The position numbers and the translations under genes are program-made. From positions 32,001 to 96,000 of the forward strand of contig JAVJQW010000023.1 in the NCBI GenBank assembly GCA_040218735.1: 64,000 nucleotides of DNA, written 5' to 3'. Below the pieces are notes generated by a model. It was not told where the DNA came from and did no database searches. It worked only from the letters and a program-made list of their open reading frames with translations. Position 1 is the first letter of the stretch. The number at the start of each line of letters is the position of its first letter. Of this stretch, positions 49,407-58,580 are shown piece after piece. This DNA is from Deltaproteobacteria bacterium. Lineage in GTDB: Bacteria; Myxococcota; Kuafuiibacteriia; Kuafuiibacteriales; Kuafuiibacteriaceae.

Positions 49407-49810
49407 TCACGTTCGCAGGCTGCGGTTCCGCGGAGGTGATCGCCCTCGAGGCCCCCTCGCCTGACGGGGACGTCCTCGCCCCGTACGATGGAGGCCCGCG
49501 CGACGCCGGGCCGCGCGACGCCGGGCCCTGCTACGACTGGGCGTCGGTGCAGCCCATCTTCGCGGACGCCTGCGCGACGCTGTGCCACACGAACCCGCCG
49601 CGGTTCTCGGCGCCGATCGCGCTCGTGACATACGCCGACTTCCAGCACATCACGCACGGCGATCGCGTTTACGAGCGCGTCGCGTTCCGAATCACCGCGC
49701 CGTCCGGCCGGATGCCGCCGTCTTCCCATCGGCGGCAGCTCACACCGAACGAGATCGAGCGCATCGAGCTGTGGGTCGCGGCGGACGCCCCGTTCGACTG
49801 CTTGGACTGA
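49403..49810 (+). CDS. Small lipoprotein with a cytochrome c-like domain
   Basis: FAGC lipobox; CATLCH (CxxxCH), distal RMPP and LTPNEIERIELWV. Confidence 0.65.
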   Translation: MLTFAGCGSAEVIALEAPSPDGDVLAPYDGGPRDAGPRDAGPCYDWASVQPIFADACATLCHTNPPRFSAPIALVTYADFQHITHGDRVYERVAFRITAPSGRMPPSSHRRQLTPNEIERIELWVAADAPFDCLD

Positions 49811-49856
49811 CCTACGGACGTCCGGACCTACGGGCGTCGGGTCTTACGGGCGTCCG
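49809..49856. repeat. 3 x 16 bp tandem repeat between convergent genes
   Basis: gacctacggacgtccg / gacctacgggcgtcgg / gtcttacgggcgtccg. Confidence 0.8.
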
Positions 49857-50626
49857 GTCGGGATGATCCGCGGCGCGGGCGTCCGCGGCGCCGGGCGCAC
49901 GCTCACGTTCCCGCGGTTGATCACCCCTCGCCTCGGCGTGGGTGAGAACGCCGGGCGCGTGCCGACCTGCCCGGGCACCCAGCCCCAGCCATTCCAGCCC
50001 CAGTTGAACCCACCGAAGAAGCGCAGCGACTCACGCTCCTTCGCGGCCTCCTCGGCGGCGCGCTTCGCGGCCTCCGCCCTTTCGGCGGCGCGCTCGGCGC
50101 GTTCGGCGGCCTCACGGGTCTCGCGGGCTTCGCGGCGCGCCGCGAGCTTCTCGTCCCGCGCCGCGGCTTCGTCGCGCGTGACCCACTCGCCGCCGTAGTT
50201 CACGTGGCCCGTCGCGCGCAGGTAGGCGGTCTCGTCGAGCCACTGGCCTTCGTGCTGGCGGTGGCCGAGCGCTCGGTGCGCCTCGTCGAGGTTCGGCGAC
50301 AGCCGGAGCGCCTGGCGGTAGAGGCTCCGCGCGCCGCCCGATAGCCCCTTCGAGCTCGCCCACCGCGCGAGCGCGAGGGTGCCTTGGAGATCGTTCGCCG
50401 AGAGCGCGGCGCGGCGCTGCTCGAGCTCGTGCAGCGGGGTCGCCTGGCGCTCGATCGTCTTCACCGCGGAGCGATCGAACCCGACCGTGCCGATCGCCAT
50501 GCGCACTTCGACGGTGTCGCCCTGCTCGGTCACGACCCCCTCGAAGCGCTGGCCGTCCTCCAGCACGACGACGTCCGCGAAGGCCGTCGAGGGGACGAGA
50601 GCCAGAGCCAGAACCCAGATGCGCAT
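49844..50626 (-). CDS. Secreted hypothetical protein (TPR-like, coiled coil, W/G/P/R-rich tail)
   Basis: Signal peptide ending AFA-DVVVLEDG; LARWASSKGL; AHRALGH. Confidence 0.75.
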   Translation of the reverse strand: MRIWVLALALVPSTAFADVVVLEDGQRFEGVVTEQGDTVEVRMAIGTVGFDRSAVKTIERQATPLHELEQRRAALSANDLQGTLALARWASSKGLSGGARSLYRQALRLSPNLDEAHRALGHRQHEGQWLDETAYLRATGHVNYGGEWVTRDEAAARDEKLAARREARETREAAERAERAAERAEAAKRAAEEAAKERESLRFFGGFNWGWNGWGWVPGQVGTRPAFSPTPRRGVINRGNVSVRPAPRTPAPRIIPTGRP

Positions 50627-50671
50627 GGCCTCACCATGCGGGGTGGGGCGCGCTCCGATCAACCGTCGGCG

Positions 50672-51142
50672 CTAACTGTCAGGGACGGTGGCCGTGAACG
50701 TCACGAGCTGTCCCGGATCGATGCCCAGGGACTTGGCGAGGCCTCCGTTGATCTCCAGGACGAACTGGCTGTCCCCGGGCACGCTCCGGCGCAGCGTGGT
50801 GTTCGGCTCCGCCTCGTCGACGATGCCGAGGATCCGGCGGTCGGCGCGGATGAAGATCATGTCGAGGGAGATGGGGGTGTCCTTCATCCAGAAGGCGCGC
50901 GGCTCTTCGTCGGGGAAGACGAACAACATGCCGTGGTCGGGCTCCAGGTGCGCTCGGCCCATCAAACCGACCTGACGTTCGCGCGTCGTGTCCGCGACCT
51001 CGGCGAGGAAGGTCACGGGGTCGGGCGCAGCGACGGTCACCTCGATGCGGTCCCGACCGTCGTCCTCGGTGCCGGCGCACGCCGTGAGGAGCAACGCGAC
51101 GACCCAAGCGTGACCCAGGCCACATGTCCGTTCTGCGGACAT
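50672..51142 (-). CDS. DUF192 family lipoprotein
   Basis: GLMGR, GMLFVF, FWMKDTPISLDMIFI and VLEINGG. Confidence 0.9.
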   Translation of the reverse strand: MSAERTCGLGHAWVVALLLTACAGTEDDGRDRIEVTVAAPDPVTFLAEVADTTRERQVGLMGRAHLEPDHGMLFVFPDEEPRAFWMKDTPISLDMIFIRADRRILGIVDEAEPNTTLRRSVPGDSQFVLEINGGLAKSLGIDPGQLVTFTATVPDS

Positions 51143-51190
51143 CTCCCTCCATTCTATCACCGACCTCGGCCCGCTAAGATTTTATGCGCG

Positions 51191-52603
51191 GTGTTCGCGT
51201 CCACCAAATCGCTCGGGCGTTACACGTTACTCGAACAGATCGCGCGCGGCGGGATGGCGCAGGTCTTTCTTGCGCAGCGAGACGGCGCCGCGACGCCGTG
51301 TGTGCTCAAGCAGCTGCACGTCGAGCTCGAAGACAACCCCACCGCCGGCAAACGTTTTCAGCGCGAAGCGAACATCGCTTCGCGCCTTCGACACACCAAC
51401 ATCGCCTCGGTGATCAGCGCCGGCATCGAGGACGGCACGTTTTGCATCGGCATGGAGCTCATCGCCGGGCAGACCGTCGAGGCGCTGGTGGTCGAGCTCG
51501 CGCGACGCAACGAACGCGTCCCGGCCGACGTCACGATCCGCATCCTCCTCGAAGTCCTCGACGGCGCGGCCTACGCGCACGCGCTCACCGACGAGGACGG
51601 GACCGCGCTCAACATCGTGCACCGCGACCTGTCGCCGCGAAACATCATGGTCGCGTTCGACGGGGCGGTGAAGATCATCGACTTCGGCGTCGCGCGCGGG
51701 CGCATCGACGCGTTCCAAACGGCACCCGGCATGATGGTCGGTACGTTACGCTACATGTCGCCCGAGCAGGCGATGGCCGAGGGCGTGGATCGGCGCAGCG
51801 ACCTGTACACCCTCGGCGTCGTGCTCCACGAGATGTTGTCGGGGGCGCCGGCGATCACCAACACCCGGGCGGTCGACGTCCTCAACCGCGTCATCGCGGA
51901 GCCCCTCCCGCCGCTGAGTGAGGTCGCGCCGCACGTCCCGGCCGCGGTGGGGGACGTCGTCGCGAAGGCCACCGCCAAGAACCCGGACGACCGGTTCGCC
52001 GACGCGGATCAGATGCGCGCCGCGCTCGCTGCGGCGTTCGACGCGCCGGCGGACGACGCCGCGCTCGGCGCGCTCGTGCGACGGCTGTTCCCCGAGCACG
52101 TGAAACGAACGCAAGGGTGGGCCGACGAGGCGCGCGCGTCGGCGCGGATGTCGGACGCGCTCGAACACGACACACTCACGGAGGCGACGGCCCCTTCGCT
52201 CAACCACGAGACCCTCCCCATGATCACGCCGCCGCCGCGCGTGGAGTCGGTGCGCAACCGTCGGACGAGCACGCCGCGGATCGAGCGGCGGTCGAGCACG
52301 CCGAAGATCGCGGACCTCGGATCCGATCCGCCGCCGCGGGGGACCTCGAAGGGCCCGTCGCTCCCGACGCCCGTCCCGGACCCTGCGTCGGGTCCGCCGT
52401 CGAACGCGATCACCGTCTCGGATGCGCCGACGCCGCGGGGCGTGAGTCGAGTCCGACCGACGAGTCGCCTCGACGCGAGCTCCGATGCGCGGATCCGAGC
52501 TCTGGAGAAGGAGGTCCACCGGTGGCGCAACGCGTTCGTGCTGCTGCTCCTCGTCGTGACGGGCGCGCTCAGTGTGCTCGCGTGGATCGTCTCCAGGTCG
52601 TAG
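51191..52603 (+). CDS. Ser/Thr protein kinase with C-terminal TM
   Basis: ARGGMAQVF, HRDLSPRN, DFG and YMSPE. Confidence 0.93.
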   Translation: MFASTKSLGRYTLLEQIARGGMAQVFLAQRDGAATPCVLKQLHVELEDNPTAGKRFQREANIASRLRHTNIASVISAGIEDGTFCIGMELIAGQTVEALVVELARRNERVPADVTIRILLEVLDGAAYAHALTDEDGTALNIVHRDLSPRNIMVAFDGAVKIIDFGVARGRIDAFQTAPGMMVGTLRYMSPEQAMAEGVDRRSDLYTLGVVLHEMLSGAPAITNTRAVDVLNRVIAEPLPPLSEVAPHVPAAVGDVVAKATAKNPDDRFADADQMRAALAAAFDAPADDAALGALVRRLFPEHVKRTQGWADEARASARMSDALEHDTLTEATAPSLNHETLPMITPPPRVESVRNRRTSTPRIERRSSTPKIADLGSDPPPRGTSKGPSLPTPVPDPASGPPSNAITVSDAPTPRGVSRVRPTSRLDASSDARIRALEKEVHRWRNAFVLLLLVVTGALSVLAWIVSRS

Positions 52604-52652
52604 TCCATCGTCGGTTGACGTCGCGAACCCCGAAAACGTACCCGGCGAGGCG

Positions 52653-53654
52653 ATGAAGATCTTCGTCACGGGAGGCCACGGGTTCATCGGATCGCGCGTC
52701 GTCGAGCGGCTGCTCGAAGGCGGGCACGAGGTCCGGTGCCTGGTCCGCGAGAGCAGCAAGACCCACCGCATCGACCACCTCGAATGGGAGCGGCACGTCG
52801 GCGATGTCCGCGATCGCGCTTCGCTCGAGGCGGGGATGCAGGGCACCGAGGCGGTCATCCACCTCGCGAGTGTTTCGTCGTGGGCGGACATGCGGTCGTC
52901 GGTCCTCGAAGACGTCGTGCAGACCGGGACGGAGAACGTCGTCGAGGCCGCGAAGTCGAGCGGCGTGAAGCGCGTGGTGTTCGTGTCGTCGTCGATGGCG
53001 GTCAACGCGACGCCGACGCCGATCGTCTTCGACGAGGCGTCGGCCTTCGAGCTCACGGATCCCAAGTACCGCTACCCGCTCGCGAAGCACCGCGCGGAGA
53101 AGCGCGCGCTCGAGGTGGCGGGGGACGACGTCGAGCTCGTCATCGTGAACCCCGCGGAGGTCTACGGCCCGAACGACGACGCGATGGTCACCGCGGGGAA
53201 CCTGCGCGACGCGCTGAACGACTGGCCGGCGCTCGCGTGCACGGGCGGCTCCGCGATCACCCACGTGGACGACGTCGCGGACGGCATGGTGCGTGCGCTC
53301 GAGAAGGGCCGGCACGGCGAGCGTTACATCCTCGGCGGCGACAACCTGCACGTCGAAGAGCTCATCCGCCTCACGCTCGAGATCGCCGCCCAGAAGAAGC
53401 CGGTCATGAAGCTACCCAACGGCCTGCTCAAGGTCGCGATCGGTGCGCTCGACAAGCTGGGCCTGCCCTCCCCGGTCGAGCCGGAGGTCGTCACCTACGC
53501 GACGCTCTACTGGTTCATGGACAGCACGAAGGCGAAGAACGAGCTGGGCTACGCGCCGCGCCCGGCGCGCGAGGTCCTCGAGCCGACGATCGCGTGGCTG
53601 TACGACAACGGCCACATCAAGACGCCACGCGCCGCGGACGCGGCGACGGCGTAG
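52653..53654 (+). CDS. NAD-dependent epimerase/dehydratase (HpnA/DFR-like extended SDR)
   Basis: TGGHGFIG, YPLAK (YxxxK), VNPAEVYGP and HVDDVA. Confidence 0.9.
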   Translation: MKIFVTGGHGFIGSRVVERLLEGGHEVRCLVRESSKTHRIDHLEWERHVGDVRDRASLEAGMQGTEAVIHLASVSSWADMRSSVLEDVVQTGTENVVEAAKSSGVKRVVFVSSSMAVNATPTPIVFDEASAFELTDPKYRYPLAKHRAEKRALEVAGDDVELVIVNPAEVYGPNDDAMVTAGNLRDALNDWPALACTGGSAITHVDDVADGMVRALEKGRHGERYILGGDNLHVEELIRLTLEIAAQKKPVMKLPNGLLKVAIGALDKLGLPSPVEPEVVTYATLYWFMDSTKAKNELGYAPRPAREVLEPTIAWLYDNGHIKTPRAADAATA

Positions 53655-53738
53655 AGCCGAGGCTACGGCCACCGACGCCTCAGGGAAGAACACCACCACT
53701 GTCTGCATACGAATCCGCGGTGCAGGTCCGACGCAAAT

Positions 53739-53754
53739 CGCACGGGCCGTGCCA
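53739..53754 (-). promoter_or_regulatory. Sigma54-type -24/-12 element, or a palindromic operator
   Basis: Minus strand TGGCACGGCCCGTGCG (GG-N10-GC). It also contains the inverted repeat gcacgg-g-ccgtgc. Confidence 0.5.
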
Positions 53755-53769
53755 TGCTGACGTCGAGCG

Positions 53770-54117
53770 ATGAACGTCGTGGCTCTCGTCTTCCTGATCG
53801 TGTCGACCGGCGCGCTGATCGCGGCCGTGTCGGTCGCCGTTTGGCTTCAACGCCTGGGCGGAAACCGCCTGCTCCTCGCAGCCCCCTTCGGGGTGCTCGG
53901 GCTCGCCGCGCTGGCCGCGTTGTTCCTCGATCCGGACGTGGCCTTCGGCGTCTGGGCGACCCGTCCGGGGTTGATGCTCCACGCGAGCGACGCCGCGATC
54001 GTCTGGACGCTCATGCTCTCGCTGACGGGTTTTGGCTACCTGCTGCGGCCGCGCGACGTCACGGTGCGCACGCCCGCGTGGTCCGACCGCTCGGACGTCA
54101 CGCCGAGCCGCATGTAG
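53770..54117 (+). CDS. Small membrane protein (about 3 TM)
   Basis: 115 aa, three hydrophobic stretches. Confidence 0.65.
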   Translation: MNVVALVFLIVSTGALIAAVSVAVWLQRLGGNRLLLAAPFGVLGLAALAALFLDPDVAFGVWATRPGLMLHASDAAIVWTLMLSLTGFGYLLRPRDVTVRTPAWSDRSDVTPSRM

Positions 54118-54178
54118 CGCTCCACCGGCTAGACCCAGCTGGTGATCACTCGCGGCACCTCCTAGTCTCGGCGACACG

Positions 54179-55162
54179 ATGGCCGAGACCACCGCGATTC
54201 GAATCCACGAGACGGGCGGGCCCGAAGCGCTGCGCGTCGAGACGATCGAAGTCGGCGCGCCGGGCGCAGGTGAAGCGCAGATCCGGCACACCGCGATCGG
54301 CGTGAACTTCATCGACACCTACCACCGCAGCGGCCTGTATCCGCTCCCGCGCATGCCGCACGGGCTCGGGCAGGAGGCCGCGGGCGTCGTGGAGGCGGTT
54401 GGCGAGGGGGTCACGGAGGTCGCGGTCGGCGATCGCGTCACGTACTTCGGCGGAGGCCCGGGCTCGTACTGCGGCCTGCGCAACGTGAAGTCACACCTGC
54501 TCATCCAGCTCCCGGACGCCGTGTCCGACGAGGTCGCGGCGGCTTCGCTGCTGAAGGGGATGACGGTGGAGTATCTCGTCCGCCGGACCTTCCCGCTGCA
54601 ACGCGGTCAGACGGTGTTGTGGCACGCGGCGGCGGGGGGCGTCGGTCTCATCGCCTGTCAGTGGCTGCGGCACCTCGGTGTCGAGATGATCGGCACCGTG
54701 AGCTCCGACGAGAAGGCGGCGCTCGCCGCGGAGAACGGGTGCACCCACCCGATCGTCTACACGCGCGAAGACTTCGTCGAACGCACGAAGGCGATCACCG
54801 ACGGCGCGGGCGTCCCGGTGGTCTACGACTCGGTCGGGCGCGACACGTTCGAGCGTTCGCTGAAGTGCCTCGCGCGGCGCGGAACGTTCGTGGGCTTCGG
54901 GAACGCGTCCGGCAAACCGGACCTGTTCGACCTCGCGAAGCTCGCCCAGGGCGGCTCGCTGTACGCGACCCGGCCGACGTTGTTCGACTACGTCGCCACG
55001 CGCGAGGAGCTGCTCGAATCGTCCGGCGCCCTGTTCGACGTCATCGCGAGCGGCGCCGTGAAGATCGACATCCGGCAGCGCTTCCCCCTCGCCGAGGCCG
55101 CGGAAGCGCACCGCGCGCTGGAGTCGAGGGCGACGACGGGGTCGACTGTGTTGGTTCCGTAG
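54179..55162 (+). CDS. qor: NADPH:quinone oxidoreductase (zeta-crystallin family)
   Basis: GVNFIDTYHRSG, HAAAGGVG, VVYDSVG and FGNASG. Confidence 0.9.
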   Translation: MAETTAIRIHETGGPEALRVETIEVGAPGAGEAQIRHTAIGVNFIDTYHRSGLYPLPRMPHGLGQEAAGVVEAVGEGVTEVAVGDRVTYFGGGPGSYCGLRNVKSHLLIQLPDAVSDEVAAASLLKGMTVEYLVRRTFPLQRGQTVLWHAAAGGVGLIACQWLRHLGVEMIGTVSSDEKAALAAENGCTHPIVYTREDFVERTKAITDGAGVPVVYDSVGRDTFERSLKCLARRGTFVGFGNASGKPDLFDLAKLAQGGSLYATRPTLFDYVATREELLESSGALFDVIASGAVKIDIRQRFPLAEAAEAHRALESRATTGSTVLVP

Positions 55163-55166
55163 CGGT

Positions 55167-56315
55167 TCAGGACTTCCAGAGGCGTCTGGACGCGATCGCT
55201 GCGCCCTCGGCGACGGCGGCGAGCTTGCCCCAAACGATCTCCGGTTCGACGGCGGCCTGTCCGACCCACGTGCCGAAGCCGCAGTCACTCCCGGCCATCA
55301 CACGCTCGCGCCCGACGCGGGTGGCGTAGCGCTCGATGCGCTGGGCGATGAGCTCGGGGTGCTCGATGAAGTTCGACTTCGACTCGATGACGCCGGGGAT
55401 GAGGACGAAGTCGTCGGGGAGCGCGACGTCGTCGAACACGACGTACTCGTGGGCGTGTCGCGGGTTCGCGGCTTCGAACGCGATGCCGGAGACCTTCGCG
55501 CGGAAGACGACGTCGAGGATGTCGCGGATCGGCACGTCGCAGTGGTGCGGTCCGTCGTAGTTGCCCCAGCACAGGTGAATGCGCGCTTGCTCGCGCGGGA
55601 CGTCCTGCAGCGCGTGGTTCAACGCGTCGACGTGCATCGCGACGCGGCTCTTGAAGTCCGGGAGATCGAGCTCGCGGTACATCATGTGGCGACCCATCGC
55701 GAGGTCGGGGCAGTCGACCTGCACCATGAGGCCGGCCTTCGCGATCGCCTCGTACTCGAACCGCATCGCGTCCGCGACCGCGAACAAGTAGCGCTCGAAG
55801 TCGCCGTAGTACTGGTCGTGGAAGAAGAGCGTCACCACGCCGGGCGACGCCGCGGTGAGGAACTGGCCCGCCGCGCCACAGTCCTCGGAGGCAGCCTGCA
55901 GGTTGGCGATGTCCGCGTAGACCGAGTCGTGGTCGGCGACGGTGACTTCACCGTCGCAGCCGGGGGTCTTGCGGCGTGAACGACCAGGATCGCCGAACAC
56001 ACGCTGCGCCATCGTCGGGTACTCGACGAGGTCCTGGTACGGCACCGGCACGCTCTCCCCGCCGAAGCCCGTGAGACGATCCTTGATGTACGTCGCGTAG
56101 CTCGGCTTCGACATCTCGCCGTCGTTGACGATGTCGATCCCGGCCTTGCGTTGCTTCGCGACGATCTCTCGCACGGCGTCGCGGATGTCCGTGGCGAGGC
56201 GACCGCGGTCGACCGGCACACCCTCCTCCTTCGCGAACATCGTGCGAATGAGATCCTCGGGGCGAGGCAGGCTGCCGGTGTGAGTCGTGAGGATGCGGTC
56301 TTGGCTCAGGATCAT
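55167..56315 (-). CDS. Stand-alone cobalamin-independent methionine synthase II / epoxyalkane:CoM transferase-like Zn protein
   Basis: TTHTGSLPRP, DGE, and Zn ligands HLC, FEAA and SDCGFG. Confidence 0.88.
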   Translation of the reverse strand: MILSQDRILTTHTGSLPRPEDLIRTMFAKEEGVPVDRGRLATDIRDAVREIVAKQRKAGIDIVNDGEMSKPSYATYIKDRLTGFGGESVPVPYQDLVEYPTMAQRVFGDPGRSRRKTPGCDGEVTVADHDSVYADIANLQAASEDCGAAGQFLTAASPGVVTLFFHDQYYGDFERYLFAVADAMRFEYEAIAKAGLMVQVDCPDLAMGRHMMYRELDLPDFKSRVAMHVDALNHALQDVPREQARIHLCWGNYDGPHHCDVPIRDILDVVFRAKVSGIAFEAANPRHAHEYVVFDDVALPDDFVLIPGVIESKSNFIEHPELIAQRIERYATRVGRERVMAGSDCGFGTWVGQAAVEPEIVWGKLAAVAEGAAIASRRLWKS

Positions 56316-56968
56316 GCGTTGGGTCTCTCTGTAACGTTGCCGTGCAAGCTAGGTTGCGGCGCTCCCTCGACGATCGGGAGACAGTCTTCCGGCAGGGTGT
56401 CGGTGAATTCGTGTCCGCGCGCTTCGAGCTCCGTGAGGAAGCCGTCGAGGCGCTGCATGGCGTCCGGGAGGATGTCGTGCAGGACGACGACGGTGTGGGC
56501 TTGGCGGTCGGCGTCGGCGAGCGCGTTCGCAACCCAGCCTTCGGCGTCGAGCCAGTCGCCCGGCACCGAATTCCACAGCGCGCACGTGTAACCGCCGGCC
56601 CGGAGGAACTCGACGCTCGCCCCGGAGAAGAGGTGCGGCCCGAGCTTCCCGCCCCCGCCGAACGGACGGAACCACCGGGGCCCCGTCCATACACGATCGA
56701 GGAGCGCCTCGGTCCGACCGAGCTCCAGGGCGACGTGGTCTTCGCGCGCGTCGTCGCCGAGCGGCGTCTCGTGGCTGTACGAGTGATTGCCGAGGACGTG
56801 GCCGGCATCCCGAATCTGCCGCGCGAGGTCGAGCCCGCCCGGCGCGTCGAGGCACTTGCCGCAGACGAAGAACATCGCGGACGCGCGGTGACGCGCGAGC
56901 ACGTCGAGGACGTGCGGCGTCACCGCGGGATCCGGTCCGTTGTCGAAGGTGAGGGTGACTCGGCCCAT
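56312..56968 (-). CDS. Polysaccharide deacetylase (CE4/NodB) family protein
   Basis: TLTFDNGP, GNHSYSH, FRPFGG and VVLHD; ATGA-coupled to the downstream gene. Confidence 0.9.
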   Translation of the reverse strand: MGRVTLTFDNGPDPAVTPHVLDVLARHRASAMFFVCGKCLDAPGGLDLARQIRDAGHVLGNHSYSHETPLGDDAREDHVALELGRTEALLDRVWTGPRWFRPFGGGGKLGPHLFSGASVEFLRAGGYTCALWNSVPGDWLDAEGWVANALADADRQAHTVVVLHDILPDAMQRLDGFLTELEARGHEFTDTLPEDCLPIVEGAPQPSLHGNVTERPNA

Positions 56969-56975
56969 GGACGGG

Positions 56976-57563
56976 TCAGGACGCCTCGGTGCGGAGCTTG
57001 CGGAACTTGTTGTTCGCTTCGGTCACGCCGGCCAGCCACTTCTTCAGATCTTCGTGCGCCGTCTGCGCGGCGGCTTCGAGGACCTCCTCGGACTTGTCGA
57101 CGCGCGAGGTGAGCTCGACCTGCATCCCGTTCGGGTCGTGCATGTACACGGAGTAGCAGTAGCCGTGATCGATCAGCATGCAGTCGACGCCAGCCGCTTC
57201 GACCTTCTCCTTGAACTTCAGGACGTCGTCCTTGGTGTCGACCTCGAGCGCGACGTGGTGGTCGAAGGGATCCTGATTCCCCTGGATGGCCGTCTCCTTG
57301 TAGAGGCCCTCCTGGAACTGGAAGAACGCGAGCGCGTTGCCATCGCCGAGCTCGAAGAACGCGTGCATATAGTTCGACGGCTTCTCCGTGACGGGGTCCG
57401 TCGTCTCCACGAAGACACCGATCAGCGGCATGCCGAGGAGGTCCTCCCAGAACTTGCGGGTCGCCTCCATGTCGTTGGTGCGGAACGCGTGGTGATGGAC
57501 GCAGCGGATCGGGTTGCTGGAGCGACGCTGCTCGGTTGTCTTGGAAATCGGCTTCGAAAGCAT
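56976..57563 (-). CDS. VOC/glyoxalase family metalloenzyme
   Basis: HHHAF...FWEDLLG, HHVALEV and YMHDPNGMQVE. Confidence 0.88.
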   Translation of the reverse strand: MLSKPISKTTEQRRSSNPIRCVHHHAFRTNDMEATRKFWEDLLGMPLIGVFVETTDPVTEKPSNYMHAFFELGDGNALAFFQFQEGLYKETAIQGNQDPFDHHVALEVDTKDDVLKFKEKVEAAGVDCMLIDHGYCYSVYMHDPNGMQVELTSRVDKSEEVLEAAAQTAHEDLKKWLAGVTEANNKFRKLRTEAS

Positions 57564-57592
57564 GAGTTGGTCTCCTAGTTCTCTTCGAAAAG

Positions 57593-58495
57593 TCAGGCGT
57601 GGTTCGCCGCGGCGGCGGCGACGGGTTGGTGGCCTTCGACGACCTCGTCGACGACCGGGTTGGACATCTCCCCGACGCCCTCGATCGCGACACGGCACGT
57701 CTCCCCCGCGCGCATGTAGCGCGGCGGGTTCCGCGCGTGGCCGATGCCGGAAGGCGTACCCATCGCGATGACGTCTCCGGGCTCGAGCACGAGCGCCTCG
57801 GACAACAGCGCGACGGTCTTGGCGACACCGAACACCATCTTGCCGGTGTCGCCGTCCTGCATGAGCTCGTCGTCGACGTGGGTCGTCATGCGGAGCCCGG
57901 CGGCGCCCGGGGGGAGCTCGTCGGGCGTGACGAGATCGGGTCCGAGCGCTCCGGTGCCGTGGAAGTTCTTGCCGATCGTCCACTGCGGCGTGCGGGTCTG
58001 GTAGTCGCGGATCGAGCCGTCGTTGAACACGGCGTAGCCGGCGACGTGATCGAGCGCGTCGGCTTCTGCGATGCGTCGGCCACCGCGCCCGATGACCACG
58101 GCGAGCTCGACCTCGAAGTCGAGTTTGTCGGACTCGGGGGGACGAAGCATGGGCTCGCCGTGTCCGATGAGCGACGAGGCGACGCGCGCGAACATCGCGG
58201 GGTAGTCGGGCACCGGAAGGCCGGCCTCCGCGGCGTGGTCGACGTCGTTGAGGCCGAGGCAGATGAACTTCGGCGGGCTCGGCACGAGCGGGCGGAAACC
58301 GAAGCCGGCGCCGACCGGGGCGGCGGACGACAGCGCGGCCGCGGCGCGCGCGCGCCAGTCTTGGCCGCCCGCGATGAGCTGTCCGACGTCGGTGCCGAGG
58401 CCGGGGTCGACCGCGGTCAGGTCGACGTACGCGCCGTCGGCGCGGCGCGCGGCGAGTCGGGGTCCTTGGGGAGTTCGTAGGGAGCTGAGGCGCAT
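57593..58495 (-). CDS. Fumarylacetoacetate hydrolase family protein
   Basis: ICLGLN, LDFEVELAVVIG, NDGSIRD, GKNF and MGTPSG. Confidence 0.92.
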   Translation of the reverse strand: MRLSSLRTPQGPRLAARRADGAYVDLTAVDPGLGTDVGQLIAGGQDWRARAAAALSSAAPVGAGFGFRPLVPSPPKFICLGLNDVDHAAEAGLPVPDYPAMFARVASSLIGHGEPMLRPPESDKLDFEVELAVVIGRGGRRIAEADALDHVAGYAVFNDGSIRDYQTRTPQWTIGKNFHGTGALGPDLVTPDELPPGAAGLRMTTHVDDELMQDGDTGKMVFGVAKTVALLSEALVLEPGDVIAMGTPSGIGHARNPPRYMRAGETCRVAIEGVGEMSNPVVDEVVEGHQPVAAAAANHA

Positions 58496-58505
58496 CGTGG
58501 GTGCT

Positions 58506-58530
58506 TTCCGATAAAATGTCGGCAAAAATA
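58506..58530. promoter_or_regulatory. Putative GntR operator in the divergent intergenic region
   Basis: AAAATGTCGGCAAAAAT at 58513-58529 in an AT-rich patch; matches the palindrome at 59299. Confidence 0.6.
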
Positions 58531-58580
58531 CGAATTGACGACGAAACCGTAGAGCCGTACTTTCGCACTGTCAACCGACC

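Noticed and set aside
55167-56315. Calling this gene metE
   Set aside because: It is a single barrel of 382 aa without the N-terminal half of MetE, and its context is catabolic.
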